Shown piece after piece: positions 12,209 through 20,297 of a stretch of DNA of 20,297 nt. This DNA is from Ginkgo biloba. Its lineage: Eukaryota; Plantae; Ginkgophyta. The notes under the pieces are model-generated. The model worked only from the letters and a program-made list of their open reading frames with translations. It did not search any database and was not told the origin of the DNA. The stretch covers positions 65,179,965-65,200,261 of the forward strand of contig JANKJI020000002.1 of assembly GCA_024626585.2 (NCBI GenBank), written 5' to 3'. The translations under genes and the position numbers were made by a program. How positions within the stretch are numbered: the stretch's first letter is position 1; every line of letters begins with the position of its first letter.

Positions 12209-14840
12209 CGGGTGCAAAATAGCCAACAGATCCTCTGAGTGTGGATGTTGTGGTTACTGCTTCGTCACTTGCATTAATAAGACGTGCAATTCCAAAATCA
12301 GAGACATGCGCTGTCATCGTCTCATCCAACAGGACATTCTGTGGTTTGAGGTCACAATGGACAATGGATGGAACACAGTCATGATGTAAGTATGAAATCC
12401 CATGGGCTACATCCGACAGAATACTTAACCTCCTCTTCAAACTCATAACCACTTGGCCACTTCCATCATCATCATCATCTCCATGCAAATGTTTATCGAG
12501 GCTTCCCTTCGCCATGAATTGCAAGACCAGAGCTTTGAAGTCAGGAGTGGAGCACGAACTTAAAATTTTCACCAGATTACGATGTCGGACTTTGCCCAAT
12601 GTTTTGCATTCTCTGGCAAAACTCTTGGCCAACTCCTCATCATTCACACCGGAGAACACCTTAACGGCCACTGTCTTACCGCCGGGCAAAATGCCTCTGT
12701 AAACCGATCCATAGCTCCCAACGCCTATCAGATTTCTTGGGCTGTAGTTCTCGGTCGCTCTGTTGAGTTCATGGCTTGAGATCCTGAAATGTTGCAATTT
12801 CAGAGAAGGAGATCTCAAAGGCCCTCTTTTGTTGCTGCGAGAAAAATATATCCAAAGTCCAACCCCAAAACAACATATTACCAATATGCTACTGACGGTG
12901 CTAACAATCAATATAACTCTCTTATTTATCGAATCACTCTGCTCTCTTCTTCCCAATAAAGAAGAGCAAATTGGTAATTGCAAACACTTTCCACATAGAC
13001 CAGAATTTCCTAAAATCGATGTATTTCTCAGCTTTTTGAATGCACCTCCGCATGGGACTGGGCCTGACAAGTTATTATACGACAAGTTTAACAGACTGAG
13101 CATTCCGAATTTTGAGAAGGATACAGGAATTGGGCCTGATAATATATTGAAAGACAAATCTATGACTTCGACGATCCCTAGTTTCTGGAAAATGGATGTT
13201 GGAAGCATCCCACTAAGTTTATTGAAAGACAGATTGAAATAGCGCAATCCTACACAGCCACTAAGTTGACTGGGAATGTGGCCGGATAGTTTATTCACAG
13301 AGAGATCTATGAGTTGCACCATTTGCATTCCTCCTATTTCTGGAGGTAGCGGCCCTGTTAATGAATTTTCCGATAGATCGAAGGAGAATTGCAGGTTTCG
13401 AAGATTGGCAACTTCTGAAGGGATGGCTCCTGTAAGATTGTTGGAAAAAAGAGCTAGATCCTCCAGAAGTACACAGTGGCCAATTTCCGAAGGTATCCTT
13501 CCAGAAAACTTGTTTATGCTTAAGTTCAGTTCTCTGAGATTCTGGAGGTTGCCTATACTATGAGGGATCTCTCCAGAAAGCATGTTATGGGAAAGATACA
13601 GATACTCCAGACTTTCCATTCGATCAAATTCCCTTGGAATGTTGCCCTCCAGTTTGTTGCCACTCAGATCCAATGCAACCAGATTCAGAAGATTTCCCAT
13701 GCTAGAAGGAATGCTGCCAACAAGGGAATTTCCGGACATATATAGTTCTATCAATGCCGAGAGATTGCCAAACTCTTTGGGTATGCTACCTCCAATGCTG
13801 TTACGTTCCATTGACAGGAAAATGAGATTCTCAGAAAGGCGACCTAAGGTTTTAGGCAGAGTACCTGTAAGTTTGTTTCTGGACAGATCTAACTTTTGGA
13901 GCCGAGAGCAATTGGAGAGCGCATCCAATATAGGAATCGTGGTAGAGCCTCCACTGACAAAGTGATTGGCAGGGAGATTCGCGACCATTAGATGAGGCAG
14001 CTGGCCCAATTCCTGGGGTATAATTCCGCTAAACTCATTGAACGCCATTTCAAGATGTGAAAGGCTCGAACAGTTTCCCAATGACTTGGGAATGCTGCCA
14101 TTGAACTTGTTTATAGCCAAAAGCAGCCACTGTAACTTGGGAACCCTAATACCGATATCTGAAGGGATTGGCCCAGAAAGGCTGTTTTCGATCAAAGACA
14201 AGTTTCTCAAATCTGTGCAATTCAGAAGAGAAGGTGGGATTCCTCCACTGAGATGATTTTGGTCCAAAATGAGCTGCTGAAGACGGGTGAGAAACCCAAT
14301 TTCTACAGGGATTGTGCCCGTTAGATTGTTGTATGATAAATCAACAGCTTGGAGCATGGAACAATTTCCCAAAGCTTTAGGAATGATACCCGTATGGCCG
14401 TTTCCCCACGATCCCAGAACTTGAAGATTATGTAAGTTCCCCAGCTGATGCGGAATGTTTCCTTTGAGATTGTTTTTGGATAGGTGAAGTTCTCTCAAAC
14501 GCTGGCACTGCCCAAGAGAGATTGGAATGGGGCCTTCTAACATATTTCTGTTGAGGTAAAGTTCCTTCAATCGTCTCAGGCGTCCCAGAGCAGCAGGTAT
14601 TTGCCCTGTAAGTCGGTTGGAGGAGAGATCGAGATAGTGGAGGAAGGACAGATTCCCAAGCTGAGAAGCGAGGTTCCCTTCTAAGCTCATGTTTATGAGA
14701 TTCAAACCGACAACACGCCACTTCCGAGTATTGCATTCCACACCAGTCCAATTGCACAAGTGGTTTCCAACATTCCAATCGTTCAGAGCAAGAGCAGGAT
14801 CATGCGTTATTCCAGTTTTAAATGCTAACAAAGCTACCAT
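12209..14840 (-). CDS. LRR receptor-like Ser/Thr kinase, LRR-XII-like (non-RD), exon 1
   Basis: The open frame has an LRR N-cap (ALLAFK..DP..L.DW..CNWTGVEC) and about 22-23 plant LRRs (LxxLxLSxNxLSGxIP). These are followed by a C-cap (GNSGLCG), a TM helix (VILIVSTVSSILVICCFGVGLWIYF) and kinase motifs GVGSYGSVY, VAVK, HRNLVK, HCDLKPQN, DFG and GYFAP. The exon ends at a phase-1 donor, CCC G|GTATGT (GT at 12208-12207). The true start is uncertain because no signal peptide is in frame. Confidence 0.95.
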
Positions 14841-14946
14841 ATTTGTGGTATTTCCTGTTATCTCTATCTATTGTGCGGGTATGAATGAGAATAAGACAAC
14901 TCATGGTACTCATGGTTCTTCTTATATGTTTAGTCTGGTTCATCAT
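14818..14946 (-). other. 42-aa upstream ORF overlapping the kinase start out of frame (or a frameshifted ancestral N-terminus)
   Basis: ATGs at 14946, 14943, 14913 and 14904 share one frame and read MMNQTKHIRRTMSTMSCLILIHTRTIDRDNRKYHKYGSFVSI*. The stop TAA at 14820-14818 lies past the kinase ATG at 14840. Confidence 0.5.
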
Positions 14947-15021
14947 GATTACTGATCTTAATGCCCATTATACGCCACAGCAAAAGAAGCTTTTCTAAAC
15001 TTAAAAGTAGGGTCATCCATC

Positions 15022-15035
15022 ATATATATAGTCAA
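15022..15035 (-). promoter_or_regulatory. Putative TATA box with abutting W-box for the LRR-RLK
   Basis: The minus strand reads TTGACTATATATAT. TTGACT (WRKY W-box, 15035-15030) runs directly into a TATATA tract about 75 nt upstream of the ATG at 14946. Motif match only. Confidence 0.45.
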
Positions 15036-15258
15036 ATGAGTATTATTATCTATACTACTAAATCATTTGGTTGCATTTGGTTTCCAACACCAAAAATAAT
15101 AATAAAATATTGTTATTAAATTCTATTGAAAAATAATTTTGGCTCCAGTAAAAGATGTTCCGATAATTTCCACCATGTCATCGCATTAAAGGAGGGTTGG
15201 TGGCAGATTTTATTCAACAATAAAATATCGTTTATTGTATCTGCAATCTTGCGTTGAC

Positions 15259-15735
15259 GTAGTAACAGGTTTTGGTGATGGAAATGGTGATGACACGCAG
15301 GAAGGAGATTTTGTCAGTGGATAGAGAACAAGAAAAATGCATCTAATCCCTTTGGCTCTCATTGTTTTCATGGTAGGAATCATCATCGGCATTGCAAGAA
15401 AACCTGAGANNNNNNNNNNNNNNNNNNNNNNNNNNNNNNNNNNNNNNNNNNNNNNNNNNNNNNNNNNNNNNNNNNNNNNNNNNNNNNNNNNNNNNNNNNN
15501 NNNNNNNAAATTCCTCTCTCCATCTTGAATTTTGTGATTGCAGTCTGCAAATTAAGTACAGATCTATTTCCCCACAAGGAGGTGAGCGCAACATCTGTGT
15601 CTGCAAGTGTGGGAGTGATGAATTTGGTGGGTTGTTGGTTTGGGGCAATGCCAGTGTGCCATGGGGCAGGAGGGCTTGCTGGGTAGTACCGTTTTGGTGC
15701 TAGAAGCGGGGCGTTTGTGGCCTTTTTGGGCATTG
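15259..15735 (+). pseudogene. MOT2: Molybdate transporter (MOT1/SULTR5 family, MOT2-like) pseudogene fragment
   Basis: Translation from 15510 gives IPLSILNFVIAVCKLSTDLFPHKEVSATSVSASVGVMNLVGCWFGAMPVCHGAGGLAG*YRFGARSGAFVAFLGI, the MOT signature (normally ...CHGAGGLAGQYRFG). Before the gap it reads VVTGFGDG...G*RTRKMHLIPLALIVFMVGIIIGIARKPE. In-frame TAG stops are at 15322-15324 and 15684-15686. The N-terminal half is absent and the 3' end runs into an N gap. Confidence 0.88.
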
Positions 15736-18272
15736 NNNNNNNNNNNNNNNNNNNNNNNNNNNNNNNNNNNNNNNNNNNNNNNNNNNNNNNNNNNNNNNNN
15801 NNNNNNNNNNNNNNNNNNNNNNNNNNNNNNNNNNNNNNNNNNNNNNNNNNNNNNNNNNNNNNNNNNNNNNNNNNNNNNNNNNNNNNNNNNNNNNNNNNNN
15901 NNNNNNNNNNNNNNNNNNNNNNNNNNNNNNNNNNNNNNNNNNNNNNNNNNNNNNNNNNNNNNNNNNNNNNNNNNNNNNNNNNNNNNNNNNNNNNNNNNNN
16001 NNNNNNNNNNNNNNNNNNNNNNNNNNNNNNNNNNNNNNNNNNNNNNNNNNNNNNNNNNNNNNNNNNNNNNNNNNNNNNNNNNNNNNNNNNNNNNNNNNNN
16101 NNNNNNNNNNNNNNNNNNNNNNNNNNNNNNNNNNNNNNNNNNNNNNNNNNNNNNNNNNNNNNNNNNNNNNNNNNNNNNNNNNNNNNNNNNNNNNNNNNNN
16201 NNNNNNNNNNNNNNNNNNNNNNNNNNNNNNNNNNNNNNNNNNNNNNNNNNNNNNNNNNNNNNNNNNNNNNNNNNNNNNNNNNNNNNNNNNNNNNNNNNNN
16301 NNNNNNNNNNNNNNNNNNNNNNNNNNNNNNNNNNNNNNNNNNNNNNNNNNNNNNNNNNNNNNNNNNNNNNNNNNNNNNNNNNNNNNNNNNNNNNNNNNNN
16401 NNNNNNNNNNNNNNNNNNNNNNNNNNNNNNNNNNNNNNNNNNNNNNNNNNNNNNNNNNNNNNNNNNNNNNNNNNNNNNNNNNNNNNNNNNNNNNNNNNNN
16501 NNNNNNNNNNNNNNNNNNNNNNNNNNNNNNNNNNNNNNNNNNNNNNNNNNNNNNNNNNNNNNNNNNNNNNNNNNNNNNNNNNNNNNNNNNNNNNNNNNNN
16601 NNNNNACCAGGGAATGGGACAAGGAGATAGAGGAGGGGAAATAATTTTGAAACCAAATAAAAATTGAAAAAAGCACTGAACCATGGCAATTATTTGCCAC
16701 AGGAAAAAGAATAGTTAATTACTAATACAACTATGGTTAAATGTTCACCTAACCAAAGTATTGACATGACCATGCAACTTTATTGTAACAACTTGGATGT
16801 TTTATTACCCAAGCTAAATGCCCACCATTTATGAGAACATGCTATCATCAACATATTTCATTCTTTTAAATGTTGAAGATATACAATTTTAAGGGTAAAG
16901 GGAAATGAATGAAAGTACAATAATGAAGTGGGTAATGGAGGTCAAATGAATATGGGGAGAATTGAGATTATTCAAAGAAATAAATTAAGTATATCGATTA
17001 TTACAAGAAATTGATATTGTAGATATAAGTACAATGTTAAATCTACCTACTCAAGACATACTAGGTATTTTGTCTGATCAACAATCACTCATGAATTAAA
17101 AGTGTACAAATTGCATATTAGATTAGTTTATTAACCATATAAGTGAAAAACAAAAATGAAATATTTGATGTATAACTTTGTCTGCATGAAATATATNNNN
17201 NNNNNNNNNNNNNNNNNNNNNNNNNNNNNNNNNNNNNNNNNNNNNNNNNNNNNNNNNNNNNNNNNATGGCAATTATGTGCCATGGTTTTGTACATATATT
17301 AGTATCTCTTGCCCTTAACCACTATCTATAAACAAAATAGTATTTAACATATTTCATCATAATTGGGTTAGAAAATCAATTAGAATGAAATGAATAACCA
17401 CCACAATGTTGCTAAGGTTCATTTTATCCTAAATATTAGAAACAATGAAATGTCAAATACATAGAGTCTCAAAGTGGTACATTGTTGACTAAGTCCCATT
17501 ACTATTAGAGTCAGTTGACTACCTAAATAGTGACCAAGGCCTTGGATGCAAAAAACCATCACCATATTTGGTGTGTCTATAAGGATGGTGAACATGAAGA
17601 TAATAAGAAGAATTCATTATGGTGAAAGATGCTTAGAGAAATTTGCTAAGAAACCCATTATAGATTTAGAATTTACATATTGGACCTTGCAGACACCCAT
17701 TGCTTGTAGGGTTAATCTTGGTCCTTCTTTTTCTTAGGTTTTGTTGAATATTTTGATAATTATTTTGTTGCCACTAATTCTCAATTGATATCCTTTTCTT
17801 GCACTAATAATATAGTATAGAATGTAGTTGTAATCAAAGCCTTGAAGACAATGTTGAGTGAGGAGGTTGAGGGAATAAGTGTGCTATTAGATTNNNNNNN
17901 NNNNNNNNNNNNNNNNNNNNNNNNNNNNNNNNNNNNNNNNNNNNNNNNNNNNNNNNNNNNNNNNNNNNNNNNNNNNNNNNNNNNNNNNNNNNNTATTGCT
18001 TTAAAATATATCATGAGCCTCTAACTTGGGATCATTTCATTAGGGTGATAACCTCCATGACTAATTTACTAGTGGTTGTTGTGTAAACTTACTCTTTCTA
18101 ATCTTTTTATTTTCCCTCAAAAAAAATGGAGCAAATGGAAAATGATAATATATGTATTTTTTAAGAATTTATATCCATATTATGAATTATCTTTGACTAA
18201 TTTTGTAATCAAAATNNNNNNNNNNNNNNNNNNNNNNNNNNNNNNNNNNNNNNNNNNNNNNNNNNNNNNNNC

Positions 18273-18592
18273 ATTTACCTATAGACTGTTGTGTAGATAA
18301 TTTAACTTCTAGTCAAGTACCTACAGACTTTTGTGTAGGTAACTTAACTACCAATTATTATTCTTTTTTGACAAATTGTTCTGTAGGGGACTTAAACACC
18401 AATAGTCATTATTTACCTACAAAATTTTAAGAAACTAATGTAGCTTCCATTTACCTACATATTCTCCTCAATGCACCATAACCATCATCGTCGAGCCAGT
18501 TTGCATATGGCCATATTATTTTTTTCTGATTGATTGTAATAATAGCAACAAAATTACTAGCCATCCCATACTAGACTTTTGTGTAGGTAAAT
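18273..18592. repeat. Cluster of palindromic TTACCTACA...TGTAGGTAA units, resembling CACTA (En/Spm) subterminal repeats
   Basis: Units occur at 18275-18300, 18318-18341 (TACCTACA-gacttttg-TGTAGGTA) and 18573-18592. Half-sites ATTTACCTACA occur at about 18411 and 18449. Confidence 0.6.
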
Positions 18593-19139
18593 CCCAAATC
18601 TCACCTAAATGTTTATAAAAAGGTAATTATATTATCATACCTTTTGAAATATAATAATTTTCACCATCATTATAGAAAATCGGTGCACCACAGAGCTAGT
18701 GTTTTCAAGCAAGGAAGGATTTGAAGGATACATTTTGAAAGACAAAAAAAATTGATAACCCTGAGTTTACCAGACAATGTAAAAAGAATTGTGTGTGAAA
18801 TAAATGATAAGAACCAGAACCATGAAATGGAAGGCAATAGAAATTAGTAGGTCATCCCCACATTATATTGAGCATTCAATACAAGTATAATCAAGCATAG
18901 CATCCAAAGCAGAGGAAGAAGTTATGGAAGAGGTTACATAACAAGAATTTGGTATGGCAATGGTTAAGAAAGAGAAAATAGAAGATTCACATGCCCAGCC
19001 TAAGGCACGTGTAAGAGTGAGAGCGCCAATTATAATTCCACCCAATATTTTAGTGAGGTAAGAACTAGATTTCAAAAAAATAATCGATCAGGTCTAACCA
19101 TTGTTGGCTTTTTTAAGGAGGAAACATCTTTTAAACCTA

Positions 19140-19970
19140 TGTTACAATGCATGTAGATATAATTCACCCTAGGTTTTGTAATTTGTTTAAAATTTTTTAA
19201 TTAACACTACTCAAGTGGATGGGAGGTAGTTCCCTATGAACAAGGAGTTGATTGATAGAGAAGTAGGGGTTTAGAGTGAAGGAGTGGTGTGGACCAAGAA
19301 GGAAAATGCCTATGAATTCAAGCATTTGGTAAAAACATTCTTCGAAAAAATGCATATAGGAAGAGTTGACACAACCAAAGGAGTCATAATAAGTTCTTTG
19401 TCCACCCCATGAGGTTAGCTAGCCCTACTAATTTCAAGGTATGTTTTAGTACAAACACATCTAACGTACCTTTTCACTCCTCATTTTAGATTTTTTACTG
19501 CTTGGAAGAAAGGTAACCCCATGGACATGGCTCGTTTCTTGTTCAACTCCATTACCAAAGATATTGTGAATTAGAAATGACAAACAAAGAAGGAAATCAA
19601 GCACCCTTTCCCGATTCAACTTTATATATATTTGATTTTGGATCAACAATAGAGAAACCCCCCCTATGGTTCCTCCCCCAAAACTAGAGGCACGGCAAAA
19701 TGATTTCCCCCATTCACCAGTGCATAATCCCTCATAGAGTAATTTACCCACTCCATCTGAAGAATGGCTAATGAAGGAAAGATGAAGGATTTAATGGAGG
19801 TGCTTGATCAAAATAATATGACATAATACATTTTGATATTTTTAGAAACCTCGAACAACACACTTAGAATAGAAAATGAAGAATTAACAAGATAAAATCA
19901 AAGTCTAAATGACAAAGAGCGAGAGTTAGAGGAGCGAGTAGCCAAGATGAATACCTTCGAAAGTTAGGTT
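19140..19970 (+). mobile_element. Degenerate retrotransposon accessory (non gag-pol) ORF with coiled-coil tail
   Basis: Stop-riddled readings QVDGR*FPMNKELIDREVGV*SEGVVWTKK and LSTP*G*LALLISRYV...FTPHFRFFTAWKKGNPMDMARFLFNSI are followed by an E/K/L-rich heptad stretch at about 19760-19960. They resemble extra ORFs of plant LTR elements. Recognised from memory, not searched. Confidence 0.4.
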
Positions 19971-20297
19971 GTTGAATTGGAAGATCAAATTACTCAATTA
20001 AATATGTTTGGAGTCAAAACCTCTTCCCCATATAAAATAGAGCAACTAAGGATGAAAAAGAGAGTAAAGGTAAGTGTCCAAATAAAGACCATTATTTTTT
20101 TTTATAAAGGAGTTCAGGTTGATTATAGGAAAGGGAAAGAGATGGAGGTGCAATGTGATATGATGTCTTCTTTCCTAGAAACCCAATTTACAAGAATCCA
20201 ACATGAGAAAACCCTTGGGATTGTGAAAACCAGAGATAGTGTGTACAATGTGACAAGTTCCCTTTGTTGGAAGAAGAGTTAAGAGAATTGGCATTTC

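Noticed and set aside
12514-14955. Multiple plus-strand and alternate-frame ORFs inside the RLK
   Set aside because: They are antisense or frame shadows of LRR codon periodicity, with no independent motifs.
16606-16644. TREWDKEIEEGK* as the possible MOT C-terminus
   Set aside because: It is too short to assign and is separated from the MOT sequence by an 870-N gap, longer than the missing coding sequence should need.
15383-16700. Several 300-430 aa ORFs in the track
   Set aside because: They are artefacts of reading through N gaps. The real signal is the plus-strand MOT frame.
18273-18592. CRISPR-like array
   Set aside because: The context is eukaryotic, spacing is irregular, units are degenerate and there are no cas genes. 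Transposon subterminal repeats explain it better.

Overview
This is gappy (many N runs), AT-rich plant nuclear DNA; the repeat types suggest a gymnosperm, but that is inference. One near-intact gene is present: a two-exon, minus-strand LRR receptor-like kinase of the LRR-XII (FLS2/EFR/XA21-type, non-RD) group, join(11452..11843,12209..14840), 1007 aa. Its signal-peptide region appears broken. About 400 bp upstream, head-to-head, lies a 5'-truncated molybdate transporter (MOT2-like) pseudogene fragment that the ORF track does not show in the correct frame. The rest is decayed transposon sequence: an LTR retrotransposon 5' region with a tRNAi-Met PBS, a diverged ~260 bp duplicate of it, two gag remnants, an L1 LINE fossil, CACTA-like subterminal palindromes and a retroelement accessory-ORF remnant. 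I found no convincing evidence of a wholly new biological system. The best leads are the leaderless, uORF-overlapped immune receptor and its neighbouring MOT2 fragment.
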